DNA of 64,000 nucleotides from Octopus vulgaris (lineage: Eukaryota): contig OX597818.1 of NCBI GenBank assembly GCA_951406725.2, positions 89,838,001-89,902,000 of the forward strand. Reading direction: 5' to 3'. Under the pieces are notes generated by a model, which searched no databases, was not told the origin of the DNA, and saw only the letters and a program-made list of their open reading frames with translations. Below are positions 25,021 through 37,761 of the stretch, one piece after another. Within the stretch, counting starts at the first letter, position 1. The number at the start of each line of letters is the position of its first letter. Both the position numbers and the translations under genes were made by a program.

Positions 25021-25532
25021 TCAGTCGATGTATGTATGGCCGTATTATAGGACCATAAATACGTAAGAAGGATAAAGTCCCGTAGTTCTAATCTAGAGTT
25101 GTCAAGAAACGAAGACTTTTTAATCGACTCTTCCTCCATTTGGCTATGTCTTAACAAACCGCTTCATTGTAATGGCCGCACTCTTATACTGGTTTTGTGA
25201 AAAAAAAAAGTGATGCCGTTTTGATATCTTCTAGGCACTTCTCCCTCTGTTGCAATATCGATTCTTTTTCCTTCTCGAAAACGTTCTATAGACTATTTTA
25301 CTTCTCCATTCTGTTTTTTCTTGGTATTTCTTAAAAGTACCTTGAAGTCCACTTCATGTTGCTCCAGCACACGTGGATCCACGGCACTCCGTCCTTCAGC
25401 TGCTGTAGCATAACTTTTCGTCTCCATTTTCTTCACCTAAAACAATAAGAACACAGGCTCGCTAGCAGGCTAAACACAGCAAAACTTCCCCTGGCAAACG
25501 ACTCGCAACAATGCACGAACTGGGTTGTGTGG

Positions 25533-27047
25533 TATTTCTTTATTGCCCAGAAGGAGCAACAAAAATATGTGGGGACACAGAACACGAAAGAAATATAACA
25601 TATAAATGATCTGAAAATGATAATGAAAATGTGCCGCTTGTCCCACGTCAAGCAGCATCACTTACTTCCATTTTATCTTTTAAATCTTGAGTCTTTCAGT
25701 ATATCTATACCGTATTCATCCTTTAGCTCCTTGTGTGTCACATTGTCATGTATTTTATTAATACCCACGCTTATCCTCCAGCATTCCTGTCCTTTCTTAA
25801 ATTTAGCTATTTTCTCCTTTTGCTTTTCTGACACCAGTATACACAGGTTCCATCCAATGTTCGTGCACTCCTCAAATTCTACAAACTTTACATTTTTCCA
25901 CGTTATTTTATTAATTAGTTCATCTATCCCCTCTGTAATTACACAAGCATAACATACCACTGAGAGGGGAATTTTGTACATTCTGTTGGGACTGTTTTTC
26001 TTTTTCTGTGTAGGAGGGGAATGGGTGGGTTTGGTGTACGGGGGAGGGTGGGCCCGAGAGAGTATGGGTTGGGGTTCCTGTTCATCTTAACTTTTCCCTT
26101 TTCTCTGCTTCACCACCTTCCATATTTCTTCCTCCTTCTCTGGTTCCTTCCATTCTTCCCGGCTTTTTCTTTCTCCAAGAAATCTGCTCTGATGTGGCCC
26201 TTTCGGCCACATTTCTACCCTCCACCCATACTCTCAACACCACTTCACCTATCGTTATGGTCTCTGCCATTTTCCCCCCAAATATTACGTAGTGCACTAA
26301 AGTATGATTTTGAGGGTCTTACCTTGCCAGTTTGTAGCCTCTGTCTCTGTGGCCAGGATGACCGTCACTTCCTCTTCGCTTCCCAGAAGCACTGCTGCCG
26401 CCATCCACGCCACGTCTATTTCCGGGGGAATTCCTACCTTGACTCTAGCAGTCCTTCTCGAATGCATTGGAAGGAGGACTACTTTTGTCCACCTTCAGAG
26501 GTGTTACCGAGTGTTCTCTTGCTCTCTCGATGCTTTTGAAATAAATTTTCACTGTTCCGAAACGGCCTCCTCTTCCCAGGTAAGTTATATCTTGCCAAAT
26601 TGGTCTCAGTGCTCTCTCGATTACTTCTGTTGACTCTAAAGGGATCTTTTCTTCTTCTGAATATCGCTTGTAGACAGTGATCTTCTCCATTATTTCCTCG
26701 GGTGGAGACAATTTAACATCGCCACCATCCTTATCCACCATGTTTTCGAACTTTCTCAGATTCTTCACATTTATCTCCTTTTTACGAATTTCTGTGGCTT
26801 CCGCGAAGGGCTTTCCTTTCAAACGCCTGTCCATTTTCTTCACCGCTCACGAGCTCCTCCTCCGATTAAAACAATTCGCTGATATCTGAATATACTGAGT
26901 TAGTTGAGAATACCTGGCCATCTCTCAGAGAGAAAGCACATCAACTGAACCGCTGCAAAGCAGCAAAAACAATAACTCAACAATAAAACTTTCAAGCAAA
27001 CAAAATCAAGACTAAGCAGCACAAAAATAAAAAAAATTGGCTGCCTC
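25533..27047 (-). mobile_element. Second ORF1-only non-autonomous LINE with about 20-bp TSD
   Basis: GCACGAAC(T/A)GGGTTGTGT(G/C)G at 25513-25532 and 27048-27067. ORF1 pieces at 26445-26843 and 26082-26297 (VLRVWVEGR). Tail CTGGGCAATAAAGAAA. Confidence 0.85.
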
Positions 27048-28184
27048 GCACGAACAGGGTTGTGTCGATTTTATTCGGTTTTTTGTGATTTCTTCTAACT
27101 GTTCTCTTTTAAATACGTTACTTAGTGCACGAGGAAGCAGATTTATTCAAATGAAGTTTATTATAAATATTCAATAAGAGGTGAGATGATTAATGTCGCA
27201 AGAGTGACAGTCCTTTATGGATAATAAATAAACCAAAAGTGTTGTGAAAAATGCTTTTCACATTCTGAGTTCAAAACCTGCCAAGGTCAACTTTGCTTTT
27301 CATCTCTCCGGGACCATTAGTATCGACTAACCCCTTCCTATCAAAATTACTAGTCTTGTGTCTTAAAAAAGAAACAATTTTAAATATTCAGTATTGTAAC
27401 ACCGGAATAGTGAGTTCGATACCTGTCAGCAGAATTCATTGTTAATCTTGTATCTGGCAGTAGTGATCTCCCGAAGAGAAAACAATAAGCTTCTAGGTTA
27501 GTTTATTCTACTACTTGGTTTCGGTTCCCCTTTATTCCGCTGCTGAGTATTTAAAGGATATAAATGGCAAAACGCTCCCATTTTACACGTCTCAATAATG
27601 CACTTAAGTCAAACCAAGCAAAACAAACAAAAAAAATATGATGCTATATCGCGTGAGGAAATGAACGCATGAATAACAACTTGCCATAGCGAATGCTTAA
27701 GTCTAAAAACCAAACACAAGTTGCTCTTCACAGTAAAATCTTCCTTCCACCACAACCTAGTCTTAAATAATAAAAAAATTCACTGGGTAATATATTGTAT
27801 GTGGAAGGGTTTACATTATTTCTAGAAATAAACAGATAAATAAAACGAAAAGGACGACTATTTATGAATATTACATACAAACCTACATTGCGCACTAAAT
27901 TGACTCTCATGTATTTTTCAACGTGATTGCATTGACGATGCAATCAAAATATATGAGACATATATTTATTTTCTAGTGGTTGAGAGGTATATGTAACACT
28001 GGATATTTAACACTGAATGCGATCGCCTTCCAACTACAATGGTTTAGGTATCAGTCCCGCAGCGTGGAACCTAGGGTAAATGTCTTCTACTATAGATATG
28101 GGCCGACTAATAACTTGAGACCGAATTTGGTTCATAGAAACCTTGTGGGAGCACATCACACACACACACACACACACACATTAT

Positions 28185-28358
28185 TTATTTCAGTCATTTG
28201 ACTGCGGCCATGCTGATCCCAAGACTTATTCTATTGTAAGCCTAGTACTTATTCTATCGGTCTCTTTTGCCGAACCACTAGGTTACAGGGAAGTAAACAG
28301 ACCAGCATAGGTTGTCGAGCAATGGTGAGGAGACAAACACAGACACAAATATATATAT

Positions 28359-28410
<52 letters not shown>

Positions 28411-30330
28411 GACGAGCTTCTTTCAGTTTCCGACTACCAAATACACTCGCAAGGCTTTGGTCGGCCCGAGGCTATAGTAGCAGACACACTTACCCAAGGT
28501 GCCACGCAGTGGGACTGAACCCGGAACCATGTGTTTGGTAAGAAAGCTACTTTATTTCATTAGGATTTGCCATATAGGCATTACAGAGAGGGGCAAACGA
28601 GGACAGACAAACATAAAAGGGTGAAGTAGCTATAACGATTAAAAGTTCATGTTTTCGAATGATGAATTAATATGCTACAATTAAAAGTTCGATGATGTCA
28701 TGATACACATTGCAACATGCAATGTATTTCCTGAAGGAAAGGCATCCGACCACCAGAGTAGAACGTTTGCTTTTTTTCCGGTTCTCCACTTACCTGGTGC
28801 CAATCGCTCCAACTTTCTTGCCACAGGCTTCCATCTTTTATCGAATCTTTCTCGTGACAGGTACCTCCTTTCCAACCTGATCTTACAGCTGAGGTGGTAC
28901 CTAAAAAAATTAGCCAACCCCTGGTCAGATACAAAGGTACTTGTCACTATTCCTTTCACACGCGTCTTCCATACGGTTTCTTTCAGTATGGCTACTACAC
29001 AGAAAAAGCAAGCTTTCCTCTCCCTGTTAAGGGAAGGAGGCGGCACAATCTCAGTGATAGACTCAGCTGATAGCTGTACTCTTCCCATCGATGACAACAG
29101 TTGTTCTGTGAAAACTATCTGTCCCGTTAATTCCGGACATTCCACAAATGCGAGCAAGACGGTTTCCCTGTCCTGCCCGCACCTCGGACATGTAGGCGAG
29201 ACGGCAATTCCATGCCTTGACAGTTTATCACGAACAAGTAACGCCGCACGAAAGCACTGCCAAGCCAGGGATTTTTGGTAATTGTCCAAATACCTCGGCA
29301 TGAAAGCTCTCCTGAACTGGTTAATCAACTGATTTTCCTCGTAGACCAGGGTCTTCCCCGAGGCGTCTTCGGACATAAATTCTACTAACCCGCTATAAGA
29401 ATCCGCGGTGGAACTCCTGTTGCCGGCACTGCCAGCCCAAGAGAGTAACTGAAGTGCCTGACGGCACTCCAATTGCCAGTCCTCCAGCCTAGGTCTCTGC
29501 TTGATCCATGTATCAATGTCCGTTAAGGACGTTAACTGCGGAAGGTAGAACCGAACGTGCGGTGACCACACCTGCTCTCCATCCAGGTAAAGCCAGAGGT
29601 GCCTCAACCTTAACGCGAGTTTTCGCATCTTCAGCTAAGGCATCCCTCGCACACCCTTTAGCGGTTTCTGGCAGCAGACAGAGCGCTTCACAAGTGGCTT
29701 TCCTCCCTTCCACAAAAAGCGGAAAAGGATTCTCTCCAACTTTTTCAGCCACAAAGGCATCACAGTCAGACGGTAGGTGATAACTGATGCTATAAGTATA
29801 TGTACCACCTTCGCTTTTCCTAGAAAGGATAACGCCTGCTCAGGCCACCGTGGCAACTGCCGAAAATTTCTTTACTGGCTCATCCAGTGGACTTTTTTCG
29901 TGAATTATTTCGACCGACAAACTCGGCCAATATTCTATACACAAAAATAAATAAATTAGAAATCCAAAAAAAAAAGGGGAAACTTATATTATGTTTTTTT
30001 CCCTCTAAATGAGGACAACAGTTCAAATCCCACCTCACTGGTGGGCTGGGTTCAACAATAAATCCTACACCGGCTTTGGCAATTTTTCAACAAACAACAA
30101 ATAAGAACTGCCAAAATGGCTTCACACAAACAATTCCTGTCTCCCGGAAACAGCCCCAAAAGTGTTCAAAGTTCAACAATTCAACAATGTTCAACAACGG
30201 TTTACATTTAATAAATCCAACAAAAACCAATCAAAGCTCCAACAAAACGTCCGATTCTACCGACAAACAAAAACGCGTCTAACAAAGAGACCGGAAGCAA
30301 GCTACTTCTCACACAGTCACTCCTGCGCCT
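28185..30330 (-). mobile_element. SINE family A copy split by a LINE insertion (28185-28552 and 30293-30330)
   Basis: The SINE body stops at GGTAAGAAAGCTACTT and resumes at GGAAGCAAGCTACTTCTCACACAGTCACTCCTGCGCCT. Confidence 0.8.
28553..30292 (-). mobile_element. Internally deleted Tx1/L1-like LINE (5' UTR plus ORF2 C-terminus) inserted in a SINE head
   Basis: ORFs 29635-29856 and 28681-29628 (LSFLGKAKVV, FRFLWKG, CPRCGQDRETVLLAFVEC). About 15-bp imperfect TSD at 28537-28552 and 30293-30307. Confidence 0.88.
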
Positions 30331-30360
30331 AAATATACATATATATATATATATATATAT

Positions 30361-30762
30361 AGGAGTGGCTGTGTGGTAAGTAGCTTGTTTACCAACCACA
30401 TGATTCCGGGTTCAGTCCCACTGCGTGGCACCTTGGGCAAGTGTCTTCTACTATAGCCTCGGGCCGACTAAAGCCTTGTGAGTGGATTTGGTAGACGGAA
30501 ACTGAAAGAAGCCCGTCGTATATATGTATATATATATATGCGTGTGTGTGTTTGTGTATCTGTGTTTGTCCCCCTAGCATTGCTTGACAACCGATGCTGG
30601 TGCATTTATGTCCCCGTTACTTAGCGGTTCGGCAAAAGAGACCGATAGAATAAGTACTGGGCTTACAAAAGAATAAGTGCCGGAGTCGAATTGCTCGATT
30701 AAAAAGGTGGTGCTCCAGCATGGCCACAGTCAAATGACTGAAACAAGTAAAAAAGTAAAAGA
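30361..30762 (+). mobile_element. SINE family A (tRNA head, internal TA/TG microsatellite), full length
   Basis: Head GGAGTGGCTGTGTGGTAAG...GGGTTCAGTCCC; ends CAGTCAAATGACTGAAACAAGTAAAA. At least 9 homologous copies in the window. Confidence 0.9.
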
Positions 30763-30937
30763 GATACATATATATATAAAATTAATCAAAGGACATACTA
30801 AGTATGTCTACCTGCTTAAAATAACAGTTAAAGCTCTTAACAAATCGCCAAAAATACACTGATGAAAACTACAGAAATCAAATGAAGGCAAAATCAGGTT
30901 AAGACAATCTACTAACATACATTTAATTATTTGGACT

Positions 30938-30992
30938 CACATGGACCGGTTTCTGCATTGGTAAAATAAAACCTTAGCTTCTTCAGCACGCG
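30938..30992 (-). ncRNA. Hammerhead-like motif
   Basis: The - strand reads CGCGTG-CTGAAGA-A-GC...GC-A-GAAAC-CG-GTC-CATGTG. Stem I is 6 bp with two G.U pairs; ACCGGT palindrome. Confidence 0.6.
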
Positions 30993-31149
30993 TTACCATA
31001 TATATTCTTTAAGTTCGTTTACGGGGCATGTTTTTGAGCACGCACACAAGCACTAATGCTATTACGTCAGCTACCGCCTTGCAAATCCAGCTTGCAACAC
31101 CAACTTTATGGGACAGTACCGAGCTGTGCCGATATAGATTAGGATAAAT

Positions 31150-31197
<48 letters not shown>

Positions 31198-31201
<4 letters not shown>

Positions 31202-31400
31202 TCCTTTCTACTATAGGCACAAGGCCTGAAATTTGGGAAGAGATTAAGTCGACTGCATCGACCCCAGTGCATAACTACTACTTATTTAATCGACCCCGAA
31301 AAGATGAAAGGCAAAATTGACTTCGGCGGAATTTGAACTCAAATCGTAGCGACGGGCGAAATACCGCTAAGCATTCCGTCCACCGTGCTGAACGATTCTG
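31198..31400 (-). mobile_element. SINE family B monomer with (ATT)n tail; partial duplicate at 31714-31822
   Basis: ATCCTTTCTACTATAGGCACAAGGCC...ATCGACCCCGAAAAGATGAAAGGC...CGGCGGAATTTGAACTC. Confidence 0.85.
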
Positions 31401-31819
31401 GAGTTTGCAGTTCACCTCTGAAAATTATTTAAGAATGATCCTGGTTTACCATCCTAAAGCAACCCTTATTCAGGGACCGTTTGAGCAGGATGGGCTACTC
31501 AACCTGAAGAAAATTCTAACTGGGCCCCACCTGCAAGGTCATGTGCTGTTTATCTTGATATGAGATCACCATGTCGCGCACATATGGTTGTGATGCATGT
31601 GCCTGGTGTACCTTTATCAGACGGGTAGTCATGATGGGTATATTGGGCTTCGTATATTTTACCCCAGTGTCACTTTGATGGCATGAACTGCTCTCTCACT
31701 CAATAATAATAATAACAATCCTTTCTACTATAGGCACAAGGCCTGAAATTTGGGGGAAGAGATTAAGTCGACTGCATCGACCCCAGTGCATAACTACTAC
31801 TTATTTAATCGACCCCGAA

Positions 31820-32282
31820 AAGAGAACAGGCATGACTATGTACCAAGTAAAGTTATGCAGAAGGATGGGAAAGTAACGATACACTGGGACAATGATTTTC
31901 AGACGGATCGTGTAATCGAACACCGTCGGCCGGATATTGTCATATTGAGTAAGAGATATTATGACATGAATGTTGTGAGTAAAGAGGTTGAAAAAATCAC
32001 CAAGTACTCCGAAATGAAAGTGGAAACGGCAAGACTGAACGGAATGCGAGAGGATAATGTAAAAGTGATACCAGTGATGATCGGAGCGTTGGACTCAATA
32101 CCATTGAAACTTCAAGACTTCTTAAGTCAACCGGAATCCCATGCAAGATTGATGTCTAGCAAAAGGCAGCCTTATTGGGCACAGCGCACATCATAAGGAA
32201 AGTATTATTTGTCTGAGGTCCTTGTTGTGACTTGACAGATGACTAAAGGCTCCGGTGCATTTTTACTTACACTGTGTTACGA

Positions 32283-32353
<71 letters not shown>

Positions 32354-32888
32354 AAGCGCCGTCACGATAAAATGTGTGTGTACCTTCATTGGCTCTTACG
32401 TCGTAAGTACCAATATGAAGTAACAAGAGAACAGGCATGACTATGTACCAAGTAAAGTTATGCAGAAGGATGGGAAAGTAACGATACACTGGGACAATGA
32501 TTTTCAGACGGATCGTGTAATCGAACACCGTCGGCCGGATATTGTCATATTGAGTAAGAGATATTATGACATGAATGTTGTGAGTAAAGAGGTTGAAAAA
32601 ATCACCAAGTACTCCGAAATGAAAGTGGAAACGGCAAGACTGAACGGAATGCGAGAGGATAATGTAAAAGTGATACCAGTGATGATCGGAGCGTTGGACT
32701 CAATACCATTGAAACTTCAAGACTTCTTAAGTCAACCGGAAATCCCATGCAAGATTGATGTCTAGCAAAAGGCAGCCTTATTGGGCACAGCGCACATCAT
32801 AAGGAAAGTATTATTTGTCTGAGGTCCTTGTTGTGACTTGACAGATGACTAAAGGCTCCGGTGCATTTTTACTTACACTGTGTTACGA

Positions 32889-32955
<67 letters not shown>

Positions 32956-33290
32956 GTTGTCATAGGTGCCCTGGGAATGATAGCAAAAGGGGCTGATTGC
33001 TACTTAACTCAGATACCAGGAAACCCAAAAATGGCAGAAATTCAAAAGATAGTGCTCATGGGAACTGCTCATATCCTACGCAAAATACTTTCTATGTTAT
33101 CTCAAGTTTTAAAACAAACAATTTTCGTATGGCTTTTTAGACATTCACTAGTATAACACTAAGTACAAAACCAAATGTATGGCACCCTAGTCATAATACC
33201 AACATGAACTTCCAACTTGTTGTCTCTTGAGGTCTCGGGGTGAGACTTGGAGCCAACTTGTACAAATGTAAAGCAAAAGTCAAACATATA
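31820..33290 (+). mobile_element. Three R4/Dong-like (restriction-like endonuclease) LINE 3' fragments in (AAT)n tracts
   Basis: YKRRHDKMCVYLHWLL..KY, IHWD..FQTDRVIEHRRPDIV, KEVEKITKY, VIPVMIGAL, LLGTAHI. Copies at 31820-32283 and 32351-32889 are near-identical; a divergent third copy is at 32955-33290. Each is followed by (AAT)n. Confidence 0.85.
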
Positions 33291-34977
33291 ATAATAATAA
33301 TAATAATGATAATAACAACAATAACAACAACAATAACAATAACAACAACAATAACAATAACAACAACAATAATAATATTAGTCAGTAATAGCTGAGCCTA
33401 CTGAATCTGCGCAAAAATAAGCATCATTGAAGAACTAATTGTGCTACAAACACTAATTAACATAACCCTTTAAGAGAACAATACGTTTCAACTCAGATTT
33501 AAGGACATAAGCCAATCCTAATTTCCCAGCTTGTTGGCCAGCAAACATTTCGAACCGACAACATCTGAACAAGATTTACTCCCATGCCCTTTGACATCTG
33601 AATTCATTAAGGAAGAACCTACAGTGCCTAAGGTCAAACCAATGACGTACGTTACCCATCCCAACATGTGCATAAACAAATATCAAAACAAGTCAAGCTT
33701 TACGTTACGCTATTATTATTACTATTATTCTCTCTCTTTCTAGCACTCTTTCTTCTCTTCTATCAGCGTAGAACGACTACATAATCTAGATACTTAGTAC
33801 AATCATACCAATTCCATCTCTCTCCCCTATTGCTCCTCTTTTACTTGTTTCAGTCATTTGACTGCGGCCGTGCTGGAACACCGCCTTTGGTCGAGGAAAT
33901 CCACCCCAGGACTTATTCTTTGTAAGCCTAGTACTTATTCTATCGGTTTCTTTTGCCGAACCGCTAAGTTACGGGGACGTAAACACACCTGCATCGGTTG
34001 TTCAGCAAGAACAGTATGAATAGTGACTTTGAAGTTTTGACCAGCTAACCCATCATGAGACTGTTATATATTTGAGTTCATCCTGATTTTATATGGTTTC
34101 TGTTAAATTAAAACTTTCTTTGGTAGGTAGAGGTTCTATTGATAATTAGGTTGTAGGTTAGGTTGTGATGGTGAAGTGTTATGGAAATATTTTATTGATT
34201 CAATTTTGGGTTGTGTTGTTAAGAATTCATTCATGCATATAGAACTATGCAATCAGATGTGTCTGTTTAGATGTGTCATATTCAGGTCATAGCGTTGTAG
34301 TTTAGAGGTTCGCAAAAAATGTAGATTGGTAGAAGGGGTTTGTTGGTCAGCAAGTATATCACTAAGTTTAGTTGTTGCTGTTGGTTTTATTTGGATGCTA
34401 ATAGGAGATTTAACTTCTTGTTTTGAGAGTGTAAAGGTTAAAGTTACGAGTTCACTCCAGCATATAACTAGGGACGATTATTTAGGCGTGTTAGCTTTAT
34501 GTCACGGACTTAACTGTAATGTCATGTTAACTTTCACGTTATGTTCACAAAAGAATATGTGATAAGATTTAGTTGGTCAGCAGATTCGTTTACTTGTTGG
34601 TGTTATTAAAAAGATTTTAATTGTTTGCTTATAGAGGGTAGAAGTGAGTATGGAAATTTGTTTATCTTATGCTTTAATGCTCATATTAGAATATTGGTTG
34701 GTGTAAAGTTTATTGAACTGGAGTTCAATGTTCTAGAAGATATTTGACTTAGAAATTTTAACCTTTGTGTTATAGAGAGGTGAAGTTTGTGGGGTATGAT
34801 ATTTTAATAAATATTTCTTTTATTAAATTTCAAGCATGGGTTATTTTGTAATAAATTAGTTTTGACTTATGAATATCAAAAATAAAAATTCCACACCAGG
34901 TTGATACTGAGGATACAAGTGATATATATATATATATACACACACACATATATATATTCTTTTATTCTTTTATTCAA

Positions 34978-35216
34978 ACAAACACCAGTTGTCAGGCAGT
35001 GATGGGTGTGGCAAACACAGACACAAAGACAGACAGACAGCGGACAGACAGACAGATAGACACACACACACACACATACACACACATATACGACGGGCTT
35101 CTTCCAGTTTCCGTCTATCAAATCTATTCTCAATGCTGTGATGAGCCTGAGGCTATAGAAGACACTTGCCCAAGATGCTACAGAGTGGGACTGAATCCGG
35201 AACCATGTCTTACCAC
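34978..35216 (-). mobile_element. SINE family A
   Basis: ACGACGGGCTTCTTCCAGTTTCCGTCTA...GTGGGACTGAATCCGGAACCATG. Confidence 0.75.
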
Positions 35217-35312
35217 ATGTGTGTGTGTGTGTGTGTGTTCGAATTATATCCGTTTATATCTCCATATATTATATGTAAAAACTGAAACATCATCCTCGGG
35301 AGGTTTTCTAAT

Positions 35313-35445
<133 letters not shown>

Positions 35446-36348
35446 AAATGTATTTCCTTTCCCGAACTTCTAGGTTACGGGGACGTGAAGAAACCAGAAC
35501 CAGCCTCCAAGCGGTTGTAGGGCACTAAAATAAATACACAGATTTCACACACACACGAGAATAGAAATCCTAATTTAGCTCACTGGAGCATGGAAATCAT
35601 GGAAAACAATAATTAAAGCTTGGGTATGAGCTCATTATCGTTCTGAAAATCCAGGAATCGCAATGGGTGAGGATGTGTAAAAATTGATCAGGAAAAAGAA
35701 GCGAAGTGAGAGAATAGCTGTTTATTCCATTAGTTGACAGCTGTTTTGTAATCTGTATTAGCTATAAAATCAAAGTTGCATCATCCGTCTCTCTCTCTCT
35801 TTCTCTCTTTTTGTTTCTCTCATTCTCTTTCTTTCTTTCTTTCTTTCTTTCTCTCTCCCTCCCTCTCTCACACACATACGCATACATATATACATTCGTA
35901 AGTATGATTAGGTTGTAACATAACGAACAGAGTACACATCAGAACATTTCATGGCAAGTTCAAACACCAACCCCTGCTATATATAGCATATAGTTTCATT
36001 ATATAGTCAAAGAGTGACGATTTTTTCGCCTAACTTTGCACTTTACAAATCCTGAAATGAACTGTATATGCAGTGTACAAAGAGAATGAAGGTAAGTAGA
36101 TAGATACAAATTCAGAAAAAGAAAATACAGTAAAATGAATAAATAATTAAGATTTGGAAAATCAGGACGGTAGCTAACATAGATGTAACCATGGAAGCAT
36201 TGGAGGCAGTGAGAGACAACCTTAAAATGAATAGAGAAAATCGAAATAGATTGTTATATAAAGCTATCATAAAGAGTTTGCTTATTAAGAAGGAGCTAAA
36301 ATATTACGAAGGTCACTCGATGATTAGACTGAAAGAAATATCTATCTA

Positions 36349-36556
36349 CGAGGCTGTGCTGAAAAGCTCCTGGCTTTGGGTAAATGAAAATACATGAGGA
36401 TCAGTTAATTATGATGTTTTTCAATATATTCCCTTCACAGATTCACACACTTGTTGCAGCAGTTCTTCAGTTTTTCTAAGACCTGGAAAAACAACGCGGA
36501 AGGTTGGGCTTCCAACCAAGCCTTTAAAGGCAAGAACTTTTCAGCGCCCCACCACG
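36349..36556. mobile_element. Mariner-derived MITE, degenerate
   Basis: TA-CGAGGCTGTGCTGAAAAG...CTTTTTCAGCGCCCC. The interior is the reverse complement of the transposase end seen at 62409-62578. Confidence 0.65.
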
Positions 36557-36562
36557 TTTCTG

Positions 36563-36663
<101 letters not shown>

Positions 36664-36710
36664 ATCTATGTATGCATGTGTGTGTATTTGCGTGTGTCTG
36701 TGTGTGTGTG

Positions 36711-37005
36711 TGGAGGCGCAATGACTCAATGGTTAGGGCAGCGGACTCGCGGTTTCGATTCCCAGACCGGGCGTTGTATGTGTTTATTGAGCGAAAACAC
36801 CAAAAAGCTCCACGAGGCTCCGGCAAGGGGTGGGGTAGCGACCCCTGTTGTACTCTTTCGCCACAACTTTCTCTCACTCTTTCTTCCTATTTCTTGGGTA
36901 ACGCTGCGATGGACTGGCGTCCCGTTCAGCTGGGGGGAACACATACACCACAGAAACCGGGAAACCGGGTCCATGAGCCTGACTAGGCTTGAAAGGGGCG
37001 AAAAA
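36711..37005 (+). mobile_element. SINE family C (tRNA head)
   Basis: GGAGGCGCAATGACTCAATGGTTAGGG...GGTTTCGATTCCC. Homologous to 55029-55337 and 59220-59400. Confidence 0.8.
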
Positions 37006-37011
37006 GAAAAT

Positions 37012-37135
<124 letters not shown>

Positions 37136-37487
37136 GTACACACGCACGACATACCCTGGTTGAAAAATTGAAACAAGCGACCATCAAACATTACTGTTTA
37201 CCAACATCATTTGTTTTGAAAAGTCGTTTTTGTTTAAAAGCAAAAATACTGATCTGAAAGCGAATCAAAGCAAGATAAAATGATTATTCATTGCTTAATT
37301 GCATAAAAACCAGCTACTTTGAAACATGATATATAATATATGCTTGAAGTATATGCCTTGCTCAGATTTTGGTCCGGGATATGTTTATGTTTTGTCACGA
37401 GGGATCTATATGGTCTCTGCACAACTGCACTGATACCGCTTTGTAAAATAACACGTGCGCACACATGCACACACACACACGTATTAT

Positions 37488-37711
37488 CATTTGGTTCAGT
37501 CATTAGAATGCGGCCATGCTGGGGCAATGTCTTGAACAATTTTTAGTCGAATGAATAGACCCCCAGTACATATGCTTTTGTTAAGCCCGGTACTTAGTTT
37601 CTTTTGCAGAACCGGTAAGTTACGGGGACGTAAACACACCAACACCGATTGTCAAGCGATAGTGGGGGACAACACGAAGAAACACATACATCTATTATAT
37701 GTATACATATA

Positions 37712-37761
<50 letters not shown>

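Noticed and set aside
23421-30307. Sequence-specific target for the Tx1-like family
   Set aside because: The three TSDs read in the window share no clear consensus and match no snRNA or rRNA I recognise.
35975-36097. Possible TATA box and non-coding first exon (AG-GTAAGT donor at 36092) for the ITIH-like gene
   Set aside because: The signals are common in AT-rich DNA and cannot be linked to the gene without transcripts.
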